Shown: positions 44,921-56,534 of the stretch, piece after piece
Position numbering within the stretch: position 1 is the first letter of the stretch
How the letters are laid out: each line of letters starts with the position of its first letter
Assembly: GCA_950097015.1 (NCBI GenBank)
Contig: CATNEN010000038.1
Location: 806,001 to 870,000, forward strand
Length of the DNA: 64,000 nucleotides
Direction: 5' to 3'
Source: Macrostomum hystrix
Taxonomy: Eukaryota; Animalia; Platyhelminthes
Made by a program: the position numbers and the translations under genes
Notes under the pieces: generated by a model
Seen by the model: only the letters and a program-made list of their open reading frames with translations
What the model was told of the DNA's origin: nothing
Databases searched by the model: none

Positions 44921-45063
44921 TCCTAAAAATTATGACAAAGTAGTAATGCGTGATTGTAATTTCGTTTTACAAAAACTCGAATGAATTTTCAGATTCCTAA
45001 TCTGTTGATCCTAAAATGAGTAGCATTAACGGTTGTTATTGCTGGGAACTCTGTTTTTTCGAA

Positions 45064-46251
45064 TTAAACTCTCGACTTATCAGCTCGGAGAGTTGTCATA
45101 ACAGCGCTTAAAAAATCTCTTCTGACCCAGATGGTGTTGAACTCTTTAAATGACTCCGGATCCAAGCGCTTCAGCGTGATGGGACAGAGCAGCACGTAGT
45201 TTCTGCTGGTGAAGTAGTTCACTACAAATCGGTGGCTGGGGACAGTGTTAGCATCCTTCTCCAAATCGGTACGCCACCACTCCATCTGCACAGCTGCTAC
45301 ATGTCGCATGTCCATGAGCTTGGTTGCTGTTTCAAAGAACAACGGCTCACTGGCCTCGATGTCGATTTTCATCACCACAAGCTTGGTCTGAACATGAGGC
45401 AGAAGGTCGTCTCCAACTGCGGTTGTCACTGGCACCGTGTCCTTAATAAACTCAGTCTGGTAGGTTGAGCCGCTGCCGCCGCCGACGTTGCAGAAAGTGG
45501 CATCAAACTCCAGGTACTTGATGCTGACCTGCGTGTGAAAGAAGGCCCAGAACATCCGCAGCAGGTGCTGCTGGCGCGACTGGCTGATGGAGAGACGCAT
45601 ACGCGCCAGGTTGCGAATGTTGGCATCGACGGCGATTGTTGAGAAGCCGGCGTCGACAGCCTGCAGACTGTACGCACCGATGTTGCTGCCAATGTCCAGA
45701 AATGTCACCTTTGGACTGGGCAATGCTTTCATAATACTTATGAGCCTAGAAACTAGCACTGGCTCCCAGGAATGTGTTTGCGAAATTTCTCGTGAAATGT
45801 AGTCCATGGACTGGTACGTATAGATGGTGACGTTGCGACCAGTTACTGAGCTCGTGATGAAGTTTCGAAGCGCCCGCTTTCTCACCTCCTGTTCAATCTC
45901 TTCTGGCAGGCGAGTTGCCAGCTGGCAGAGTGGGAACCTGCCTCCCACGATTGTGTAGGCCGTGAGGCTCTCGCACAGATGGCTTCGCATGCCGTCGTCC
46001 AAAAAGTTGACGCCCCTCAGCTCAAAGTAGACTGAGCAGTTTTCCGGGCGCTGAGTCACAACTTTTTTGAGCCTGTGAGAATAAGCCAGCAGTGTCAGCA
46101 GCACGAAGCCGGCAACTGCACCAGCCAAGACCAGTCGTGTTGGCGATTTTCTAAACAGTTTTTTCATTGTGAGTATCATTTTGGCTTTGCAGTTCTCAAA
46201 GGCTGGACTAGAGTTACGATAGTGACTGCAAAGATGGTAGCAATTGTTCAT
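45064..46251 (-). CDS. FkbM-family (Methyltransf_21) SAM-dependent methyltransferase, type II membrane topology
   Basis: N-terminal TM, HSWEP, FLDIGSNIGAYSL, VMKIDIEASE. Intronless; start may be Met at 46179. Confidence 0.88.
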   Translation of the reverse strand: MNNCYHLCSHYRNSSPAFENCKAKMILTMKKLFRKSPTRLVLAGAVAGFVLLTLLAYSHRLKKVVTQRPENCSVYFELRGVNFLDDGMRSHLCESLTAYTIVGGRFPLCQLATRLPEEIEQEVRKRALRNFITSSVTGRNVTIYTYQSMDYISREISQTHSWEPVLVSRLISIMKALPSPKVTFLDIGSNIGAYSLQAVDAGFSTIAVDANIRNLARMRLSISQSRQQHLLRMFWAFFHTQVSIKYLEFDATFCNVGGGSGSTYQTEFIKDTVPVTTAVGDDLLPHVQTKLVVMKIDIEASEPLFFETATKLMDMRHVAAVQMEWWRTDLEKDANTVPSHRFVVNYFTSRNYVLLCPITLKRLDPESFKEFNTIWVRRDFLSAVMTTLRADKSRV

Positions 46252-46481
46252 CTTCGTTGCAACTCTTTAATTGTTTATAAAGACTTGCTTCACCATCTAT
46301 CTTTCCCTTTCCTCTCTCTCTCTCCCTCTGTCCCAGGGTGCATTGCTGATATTTTCCAAAAATTACCCAGCCCAATGAGCTTACAATGAGAATCTACTCA
46401 GCTATACTCACTGTGCACAGTGGGGTTGCACAGTGAGGTCTGGCGCAATGAAGTTCTCCATGATATGCATCTAGCGTGACA

Positions 46482-47123
46482 GTTTGGTGAGTCTGAGTTT
46501 AATGACTTTGAAGTTTGGTGAGTCAGAGTTTAATGACTTTGAAGTTTGTTGAGTCAGAGTTTAATGACTTTGAAGTTTTTTGAGTCAGAGTTTAATGACT
46601 TTGAAGTTTTTTGAGTCAGAGTTTAATGACTTTGAAGTTTAGTGAATCAGATTTTAATGACTTTGAAGTTTGTTGAGTCAGAGTTTAATGACTTTGAAGT
46701 TTTTTGAGTCAGAGTTTAATGACTGTGGAGTTTGTTGAGTCAGAGTTTAATGACTTTGAAGTTTAGTGAGTCAGATTTTAATGACTGTGGAGTTTGTTGA
46801 GTCAGAGTTTAATGACTGTGGAGTTTGTTGAGTCAGAGTTTAATGACTTTGAAGTTTAGTGAGTCAGATTTTAATGACTGTGGAGTTTGTTGAGTCAGAG
46901 TTTAATGACTGTGGAGTTTGTTGAGTCAGAGTTTAATGACTTTGAAGTTTTTTGAGTCAGAGTTTAATGACTGTGGAGTTTGTTGAGTCAGATTATAATG
47001 ACTTTGAAGTTTTTTGAGTCAGAGTTTAATGACTTTTGAGTTTAGTGAATCAGATTTTAATGACTTTGAAGTTTAGTGAGTCAGAGTTTAATGACTTTGA
47101 AGTTTAGTGAGTCAGATTTTAAT
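46482..47123. repeat. 31-bp minisatellite (GAGTCAGAGTTTAATGACTTTGAAGTTTGTT), about 20 copies
   Basis: Unit visible. Confidence 0.93.
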
Positions 47124-47914
47124 TTTCTTGCTCCTGTCAGAATACTTAAACACATTTGATAGACTTTGTATTTGCATAGCAACGATAGATGATTTATAAA
47201 TAACATGAACTTAACTTTCAGTTGAAACCTTGTCAACGGAAAACTCTCAACAATGGGTCACTCGTAAATTGTTCGAAAAAGTTTAGATTTTTTGCTAGCA
47301 ATAAAAAAGCCAAACTTTTTAGTGCCAAAATGATTCCGACCGGCAAACAAAAAAGCGAAATCTAACTCAAGTAAATTGAAGTCTCAAATCATTGAAAGAT
47401 TTCAAATCAAATTAATTTAATGCCTTTGCATCTCGCCATTAGACATCGTTCTAGTCCTAGGTAAGATCAGTGTATTGGAGCTAAAAACAGGATATTACTG
47501 ATTAAACGAAATCTCGTTACTGAATAAAATTGCATATAAAGAGTTCCAGGTAATCAACAGAGCGGCCACGGAAAGTATACAATATGCAAAACAGTTCATA
47601 CAGCTAATTTCGGAATTCGTACAGAATGGAATTGGAAATTAAGCATTATCGGCAATAGAAATGACTAATTGCTTTTCCAACGACAAACTTCAAAGTGAAA
47701 GCATTTAGCTGCATTTATAAATAATTTACAGCCATACAATCAACAGAAACGCTGAAACATGCCGAGCAGCTATGAAGCGCCACATTGGAGAGACATTGAA
47801 ACTAAATGTTACACGATACAGAATCTGAGTCTCTCTCCAAGTATTGCATTAGAAGTAGAATCTTTGCAGCTTTCAGCGCTTCATAATTTCCTATCTGATT
47901 AGTATAGCTATTAT

Positions 47915-48519
47915 TATAAGGGGGCGAGTGGGTCAGCGGCTAACGTCGCTGCATCGCACTCCAAAGGACGCTAGTTCGATTCACCCTTCAAGTCACGATT
48001 AATTTCGGGACTTGTTGGGGGGTTTGGACAGTAGCGACCGGCGGAGGTGCACCATATTTCGTGCAATCAAAGCTTGAAATAATAGCTTTGCTCCTACCAT
48101 CTGTGTGCCTGTTCTGCGTTGTGTGAGTTGTGTGCGTTGGCGCTGGGGCGTGAGACCTTGCGGGGGGTAGCTGGAGGGCGGGTGTACACCGCCGCGCGCT
48201 TTCTGGACTTCCGTCAGCGCGATTGGATAAGTGTACACTCATCACCTGGCCCCCCCTGAGGACTGATTTCTTATCAGCCTTCCGCCCCGCCCCGGCTTGG
48301 TCTGCTATGTGCGTGTGGGGCTGGGGTGGGGGACACTGCTGCCTATTCTGGGTGCCTCCTGCCCTCCCCGGCTGGTCTGTGCTGCTGTGTGTGGTGCCTG
48401 CTCAGGGGAGGCGGCGTGATGGGCGCAAAAGCGCCTAGTTCGCCGGTCTGGGGGCGTGCCGCTCCGTCGCTTGTGCGACAAGTGCCCCGGGCCCCCTGCA
48501 AATAGATAGATAAGATAGA
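47915..48519 (+). mobile_element. Young, long (about 600 bp) tRNA-headed SINE, family C
   Basis: 15-bp TSD TAGTATAGCTATTAT (47900-47914, 48520-48534), head with GTTCGATTC B box, GC-rich body, (AGAT)n tail. Confidence 0.85.
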
Positions 48520-48954
48520 TAGTATAGCTATTATCGGGACTGCCAGTCAGCCTACAACTGGTCCGGGAAAGAGGGTGTGGCAGGAAGTTGTCTCACGAGT
48601 TTCTAGATTCCGAGCTCCATAAATATCCCTGTATACAATATCAGTACAACAGATTTGGCGAGAAATGAAAATCTAATGCCGAAAGTACCAGTACCTAACT
48701 CAGCTCAGCATAGCGAAAACTCAATATTAAAGTGGATCAAAATTCTTTCAACTAGCATCAGGGAAAAGTTCACTCATGTTTGCTAATTTCCAGAGGCAAG
48801 TTTGGCTTTCAACTAAATAGAACTGAAGGCAATAGATACCGTTCAACAAATTTAAGATTAGACTATCAGCAATTCATCAGCAATCGGTAATGAAAATGCC
48901 ACTGAAACATTTCAAACAGGCGAGGTCACAGGCGCATTAAAAACAATCACTGAC

Positions 48955-50040
48955 TCACAGCGTCTTCTTCACAAGATGTACAAAGTCCCATCTCACCCAG
49001 ATTGTGTCCCAGTCCCTGAATGTCTCCGGGTTTAGGCGCTCCAGTGTGAATGGGGACATCAGAACGTAGTTCCTGCTAGTGAAGAAGTCCACGAGATAGC
49101 GGTGATTAGGCGATGTGGCGGCGCTGTCCTGCAGGCTCTTGCGCCACCACTCCATCTGCACCACTGCGACCTGGCGCTCCTGAAGCAGTCTCTTGCTGGT
49201 CTCGAAGAACACTCGCTCGCTTGTCTCAACGTCAATCTTCATAACTACGAAACGCGTCTTCACGTGCGGTATAAGGTCGTCTCCGATTGCGGTGGCCACT
49301 GGCACCGTGTCGGAGATGCTCTTGGCTTGGTTTTCGAACCCGCTGCCGCCTCCGACGTTGCAGTCGACGCTGTCAAACTCAAGGTACTTGATGCTGACCT
49401 GCGTGTGAAAGAAGGCCCAGAACATCCGCAGCAGATGCTGCTGGCGCGACTGACTGATGGAGAGACGCATACGCGCCAGGTTGCGAATGTTGGCATCGAC
49501 GGCGATGGTTGAGAAGCCGGCGTCGACCGCCTGCAGACTGTATACACCGATGTTGCTGCCTATGTCCAGAAATGTCACATCTGAATTGGACAGAAGCTTC
49601 ATGATCTTAATCAGACGGGACACAAGGGATGGCTCCCAATAGTGCGCTCTGGCTATCTGCCGAGAGACAATGTCCACATCGCGGTATCGATAGATTGTCA
49701 CGTTCCGCTTGTCTATTTTGTTTTCGACATAGTCTTGAATAGCTTCCCGGCGAACCTCCTGCACGATCTCTTCTGGGAGCTTGTTAGCCAGCTGGCACAG
49801 CGGGAACCTGCCACCCTCGATGGTGAACGCTGTCAGATTTTCACAGAGCCGTTTTCGCATTTTATCCTCAAAAAAGTTCACGGAAGCTAACTCATAGTAG
49901 CCCGTGCAGTTGTGGTGGGCCTGTGTGCCGTCTTGCAAATGGACAAAGAAATAGCACAGTATTATTGCTAGGCAGCAACCGCCCAGTGCAAAATAGCTTC
50001 TCTTTTTTACGTTCAGACTGCAATTTCGACTCAAAAGCAT
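48955..50040 (-). CDS. FkbM-family methyltransferase paralog 2
   Basis: N-terminal TM, HYWEP, FLDIGSNIGVYSL, VMKIDVETSE; collinear with 45064-46251. First ATG at 50040. Confidence 0.88.
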   Translation of the reverse strand: MLLSRNCSLNVKKRSYFALGGCCLAIILCYFFVHLQDGTQAHHNCTGYYELASVNFFEDKMRKRLCENLTAFTIEGGRFPLCQLANKLPEEIVQEVRREAIQDYVENKIDKRNVTIYRYRDVDIVSRQIARAHYWEPSLVSRLIKIMKLLSNSDVTFLDIGSNIGVYSLQAVDAGFSTIAVDANIRNLARMRLSISQSRQQHLLRMFWAFFHTQVSIKYLEFDSVDCNVGGGSGFENQAKSISDTVPVATAIGDDLIPHVKTRFVVMKIDVETSERVFFETSKRLLQERQVAVVQMEWWRKSLQDSAATSPNHRYLVDFFTSRNYVLMSPFTLERLNPETFRDWDTIWVRWDFVHLVKKTL

Positions 50041-50783
50041 GCTCACACTTCTGCTGTGAATATGGCTCAAAAGGCAGTATTGGTAAGGAACACTCAATTG
50101 AGCAGATTATATCGATTGAAAGATTCGTACAGATTGGCTCACTGCTTCGTATTTTTGTCAAGTGATTTGCAAATCTCTTCCTTGGCCGTTTATCGCAGAG
50201 GAGTTAGTGGTCGCGGCCGTGTGTTCAGTTACTTATAACCAACAGTTTGCATGTGTGCAGCTCTTGCCAGACATGCTAAGCCTTGCAATGGACGGCACCT
50301 TTGTCCGCGCTATCCGCCCACCCACCCTCCGCTGCTTCTACTCCAGGTTTGGCATCGGCTGATTTCGCCTGCAGTCCATACAGCATGCGAGTGTTTACTT
50401 TGTCGAGCTTGAGCCAGCGCTCTGGCAACCCAGTTTTTTGATAAGCGCGGTCAGAATTCAAGCTGGCCTCATTGTTGACATGGGACATGCCTGACTTTAC
50501 TGAGCTAGATATGGCTTTTTACTGTGCGCGTGTGCACGTGTGTGCTCCAAACCGAAAAGTCTAAGGACTGATTAGTATGCCTGGGGGCAGATCTGATGAA
50601 ATTAGCCTAATTGTGAATAAAAATAGGTGCTATTCAAAGCACTTTGACATGGCTTTTGTAGGTAATTAGTTAATTATATACCACACCATGTCAAACCAAT
50701 CTGCATTCAAATTAATCCAAGAGTAAATTGCAGATATTGAACCTAAGTAGCGTATTTGACTCGAGATTTGAGTAAATATTTGA

Positions 50784-51319
50784 CAGATCGCTATAGTCAG
50801 ATCGCTATAGTCAGATCGCTATAGTCAGATCGCTATAGTCAAATCGCTATAGTCAGATCGCTATAGTCAGATCGCTATAGTCAGATCGCTATAGTCAGAT
50901 CGCTATAGTCAGATCGCTATAGTCAGATCGCTATAGTCAGATCGCTATAGTCAGATCGCTATAGTCAAATCGCTATAGTCAGATCGCTATAGTCAGATTG
51001 CTATAGTCAGATCGCTATAGTCAGATCGCTATAGTCAGATCGCTATAGTCAGATCGCTATAGTCAGATCGCTATAGTCAGATCGCTATAGTCAGATTGCT
51101 ATAGTCAGATCGCTATAGTCAGATCGCTATAGTCAGATCGCTATAGTCAAATCGCTATAGTCAGATCGCTATAGTCAGATCGCTATAGTCAAATCGCTAT
51201 AGTCAGATCGCTATAGTCAGATCGCTATAGTCAGATTGCTATAGTCAGATCGCTATAGTCAGATCGCTATAGTCAGATTGCTATAGTCAAATCGCTATAG
51301 TCAAATCGCTATAGTCAGA
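50784..51319. repeat. 14-bp satellite (CAGATCGCTATAGT), about 38 copies
   Basis: Unit visible. Confidence 0.96.
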
Positions 51320-52401
51320 CCAATTTTAAATCGCAAGGCTACATGGCCTTTACGGCTATTTGGGCCATAGACAAATACTTCTCAGACAGGCTAGAATTAA
51401 GGCGGGTCTTTATGTAAGGCTTATTATGTGGAGCTAATTATGAGCCTTTTACATTTTCGCGAATTTGTACTCAGTACGAGTATGCACGGTTTGAAAGCTT
51501 AATAAATATAAAACTAAAAATAGTAATTACGAAATATCTTTAGTAGTCTAAAAACGAGGGCAAATTTTAGATCCGAAAAAATATTCTCATTGTCTTCTGT
51601 GTCTGTCTATACCTTTCGCCACCAACCCTCGCAGTTCTACAAGGCATTCTAACATTCTAGCATTTTAACACAAGGATGCAGCTGAGTATTATTATGCTTG
51701 ATGCTAATTAATTGTGCCCTGATAGAATGCGCATATTTAGCACGCAGAGCAAAGATCCGTTCTCAGATTTTTGTTGACATTGGAACAGTAAAAGGAAAGG
51801 AAACAGCATGACAAGCGTGAGTGCGCATAAAATGGAAGTCATCGCTATATTTCTGTGAGTATCTTTGTCATTGGGTTTTCCGGCATTTGGGTTGACATGC
51901 ATGCAATATCGATAATTAGGGGTTCTAAAATACATTGCGCTGTAGCAATAGCAATCTATCGATTGATATGGCCGCTTTTTCTGATTACCTAACTCTTCCA
52001 GCTTTCAGAACTTCAGTGTAAAAAAAACTTACGCTCGTAACTAGCAAACAGAGCAAGCAAACGGAGTGGAAGCTGTCATGCAGACTAAATCGCGAAATCA
52101 CTAATTGAACTAATTATGAGTACCTTTCTTCTAGACACGCTAGGGAGGTTGTTGATCAGCGGTGACCAAGAGGTCATCGGTTCGAGTCTCGGAGCAGGGC
52201 AACAATTTTTGCCATCGAGTAAATACAACTAACTCCCCCAGTCCACTGACTGAACAGCTGAAAGTTGCGTTTGAAAGTTCAGTGCAATTTGAAAGAACAT
52301 ATTTAGGTGTGAATTCTGTCTATCCTTTCTAAATAAACATGCTGAGGCTAGGCTCTAAGTGAAAGTGCTTCCAGCATTCGTGCCCATGCCTACACTTCAG
52401 A

Positions 52402-54503
52402 ATGCTGACTCCCGGCTGGCTGTATTCTGTTTCTATGGCGTTGACCTGTCAAAATGGTGGCACCTTTGATGCAGTTCGCTACATCTGCGTCTGCACTCTG
52501 CAAGCCTACGGGCAGACGTGCGAGAACCGGTTTGCGGATCGAAGCCCGTGTCGCAACGCCATCGCGGCTGGGGTCATCAGCATTCAGGACTCAACGAGCG
52601 CCCACGCTGCGCGCCGATTCGACGCTTGCAGCGCCGCTTCCGGACGTCCCTGCATAGACTTTTCGAGCCTTTTGACGGGTTGGTATCGAATTCTGTCGCC
52701 TAGCGGAAACTACCTGGTGTCGGGCGATTATCCTTGCGTACCTGGCGAGCCGATTGGCTGCGGGACAGCCGGTGGAGACTTGCCCTTCACAGTGCGACAG
52801 CAAGTGTTCGATGGCGAGCCCGAGAACGGAACGAAACTGTACTCAGCCAGGGCCTATGCTTTTGCTCCAAGTAGTCCACAATGCTACGATAGTGGAACTG
52901 TTTACTATATCAGGGTCCTGGAGTGTCCGGACAAGTCTTTGCTGTACTACATGGAGCCGACCATGACCAATAGTCATAAATACTGCATCGGCGTTTACTC
53001 TGCGGCAGCAACATCCGCGCCAGCATCGGGAGCGACTTTAACACCCACTGAATCGACGACAGGTACTGCCACGACAGCTAATTCTTCAGGTACTGCTACG
53101 ACAGCTAATCCAATAGGTACAGCCACGACAGCTAATCCTTCAGGCACTGCTACGACAGCTAGTCCTTCAGGTACAGCCACGACAGCTAATCCTTCAGGTA
53201 CTGCTACGACAGCTAATCCAATAGGTACAGCCACGACAGCTAATCCTTCAGGTACTGCTACGTCAGCTAATCCTTCAGGTACTGCTACGACAGCTAATCC
53301 AATAGGTACTGCCTCCAGTACTCCAGGCAGCTCTGTCGGCAGGGCGGGCTGGAACAACTATGTGGACGATGGGAACCCGTACTTTCGCATCAACACAACT
53401 GGCTTACCGAATGGTAGCTCGCTTTCCTGCAGCATCCGGTCCAACTCATTGCAGGCGAGTTTTACACCCAGCCGGAGCGGGGCTGTCAGCAAGTCCACCG
53501 GTTTGTTCTGCGACTTCGCACCTGTGCTGCAGTGGCTCGCTGAGAACAAGCTCATCTATGTGAACACCGTGGTGAGACATTTTAATTATTTTAGTTATCG
53601 AAGCACATCTGTTGTTGCGTTTGCTAATAGTCCAACGACAGTCGAATCTAAGGGCGTCGGACTCACGACTTAGAAGGTCTGGGGTTTCGATTTTAGACTC
53701 TCCTGGAAGCAATTGTGTCCGTTGGAAACACATTTAAGTCTGTAGTGCTTCAGTTCACCCAGCTGCTAAATGACTGCCTGCATTAGATGGGACAATGGGG
53801 AGTGGGATGTGGCGTCCCTCCAGTCCATGGACTGAACAGCCGTCGCAGCCTTCTGATGCGCCGCGCAATAGCTGCGGCTGTGCTGTCGGCTGCACATCTG
53901 GCCCAGTTGGGTCAGGTGTAATCAATTAATATTTTAAATCTCACCGGTAAACCTGACTATTGCGCCGACTCCTGAGCATAATCTCGTGTACACAGGCACA
54001 CGCTACTCTCTGGTGTGTACATGTACATCAACTCGTGACTTTCTCATCGTCAGACTGTGTACACTGTCAATGTGCCTTGGATGTTGGCTCTTAAAGGCAT
54101 AAATTTCATGACAAGCCTCCATGCCTTCTCATTACGACTGCGCCAAAATTAACGTTGCCTTGCTGAGCGAAACTATGCATGATCAGGGAAATTAGGCTGC
54201 GAGAATTAGACTCATTACCGCTTCAACACTCAACCACTCCGACCAGAGTGTCATTTTACTCAATCTTCAGTGTGGCCCGTACACAATAGGTCTGATACTA
54301 AATCTAAACTTGCAAACTTTCAGCTCGATGTGATCACTAGCAGCACAATGCAGCCGGTGAGCTCGAGTGACGTCACCGTGTGCCAGAGCTGGTTCCGCGG
54401 CAAGCGAGTCCGCCAGGTGAGTGAGCGCAGTCAGTGCACGGTGGAGGACGCTGTGGACAGTTACCGGCCGACTGCTTGGCGGCAATGGTTCGGCGACCTG
54501 TGA
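52402..54503 (+). CDS. Probable secreted protein: EGF-like + UMOD/GP2/OIT3-like D8C domain + Thr/Ser mucin-like repeats; exons 52402-53571 and 54324-54503
   Basis: CQNGGT..YICVC..YGQTCE; GWYRI..CV..CGT..IRVLEC..LYY..YC; about 10 x GTATTANPS. Phase-0 GT-AG intron in frame. An acceptor just before the ATG may mean a missing upstream exon. Confidence 0.75.
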
Positions 54504-55197
54504 CAGTTCTCCAGTGTCAAGTCAAGCTTCGAGAATGGTTTATTTCAATGAAACAGACAAAATCAGTAATGAAATTAGTAACAAAGCCACGCAGAAAGTA
54601 TACCGAATTCAGTCGCAGTGTGAGAAGCTTGCAATAATAATATTTGATAACTTATTACCACTTGCCTCTCCGGGCTAAATGTGCAGCCGAGGGACACAAA
54701 CTGTTCCAGGTGTACGGCTAATCAGTCCATGGACTAAGAGGCGCCACATCCATCAACAATTACCCTACCCATTTAACAGCTGAGTGTACTGAAGCAGAGA
54801 AATAGATTAATAGTCCGTTGGGTAAAATTTGATTGCCTAATTTTATCAAATTTCTAAAGCTAATTCTAAAGATCTAAAGATGGAATCTTTTTTGATTGCT
54901 CAAACATTGCTTCTTACTATTTTCTTCTCGAAATTCTGTCCTTTGCATATAGGCCTTAGAAAGTGTTTATTTTAAACCTTATTAAATTTCGGTGTCAATG
55001 TAAATTAAAATGCCAACACATTTACTAGCATCCGCAATTTCAAGACTTCCGAAACGGCAAATAAAACAGAACTAAATAAATTCACGCAAATTTTTTAAAT
55101 TGATAAAATGCTTTGCGTTGCCAATGAAAACAACGATGCAATTCAATGCAATTTGGTAGCCCTCTTAACTAGACACTTCTAGGCTGTCACTTTCCTT

Positions 55198-55450
55198 AGG
55201 GGTGGGTGGCAGAGCGGTCTAACGCGTTTGTCTCTCGTTACAAGGTCCCTGAGCTCGATTCCGCAGGGAGGCCACATTCAAACATAGGGCGCAGCCGCGG
55301 AGAGAAGGCTTGAGGGCTTGTCGTGCAATTTCACGTTGCACGCACTGTGAACCTCCAAGGTCAGTAAATGTACACCACTTCACAATGAGAAATTCAGGGC
55401 AGATGGGTAGATGTGAGTAATTTGTGTGCGTGTGTGGTGCTCAGGAGTTA
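55198..55450 (+). mobile_element. SINE family A, 5' portion
   Basis: GGTGGGTGGCAGAGCGGTCTAACGCG..GCTCGATTCC tRNA-like head plus family body. Confidence 0.8.
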
Positions 55451-55534
55451 AAGGAGAGGGTTGAATTTATTTTCGCTATCAGCAGCCCACTGTCACCAAA
55501 TTATGCTCCAGTGCTTGCAGCCGAGCATCATATG

Positions 55535-55980
55535 TGCAACATCTGCTTTTCTTGCTGCTATAGAGATTGCAACATCTGCTTTTCCTGCAGCTATAGAGAT
55601 TGCAACATCTGCTTTTCCTGCTGCTATAGAGATTGCAACATCTGCTTTTCCTGCAGCTATAGAGATTGCGACATCTGCTTTTCCTGCAGCTATAGAGATT
55701 GCAACATCTGCTTTTCCTGCTGCTATAGAGATTGCAACATCTGCTTTTCCTGCAGCTATAGAGATTGCAACATCTGCTTTTCCTGCAGCTATAGAGATTG
55801 CAACATCTGCTTTTCCTGCAGCTATAGAGATTGCAACATCTGCTTTTCCTGCAGCTATAGAGATTGCAACATCTGCTTTTCCTGCAGCTATAGACATTTT
55901 AACATCTGCTTTTCCTGCAGCTATAGAGATTGCAACATCTGCTTTTCCTGCAGCTATAGACATTTTAACATCTACTTTTC
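55535..55980. repeat. 33-bp minisatellite (TGCAACATCTGCTTTTCCTGCAGCTATAGAGAT), about 13 copies
   Basis: 11-aa periodic pseudo-ORFs. Confidence 0.95.
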
Positions 55981-56534
55981 TTAGTAGTAAATTAGCAACC
56001 GTTCTCGCAATAACCCTATGAGCAATAAATGTAAATCTTGCATGATAAATGCAAAATGCATAATTTTTAATTACCAATACATTTTAATTCAATTATTCTT
56101 TACCATGCATGATATTGAATTGAAGAACCTGTGACTCATGCATGACTTGAGTCAATTATAAGACATTTTAAATACGTTGTCATGCATGAAAATATATTTC
56201 ATCTAGTTTTATTCAAGCTAGATATTGAGTTTTCGGTACTTATGGAAGGGTTCTGATAAATTAAATTGCAAGTGAAGCTACATCTATCTCGCCACGTTTT
56301 TTAAAAAAACAGGGTTTAATTTTTTAATTAAATTTGAGCCGCTTGCAGCACCAAGTGAGTCACACTGTAGACTTGTAGAGTTGCGCGCTATATACTAAAA
56401 AAAGAAGCCAGTTACTTATGTATTTCCATAGAAACAACAAAAACAATAGAACAGTACTAAGCCTATAGAGCTAGATCATTTGATTATTTAGTGGAAATCT
56501 CTGTCAGTTGTAGCTGCATTTCGTCTCAAAAAAT

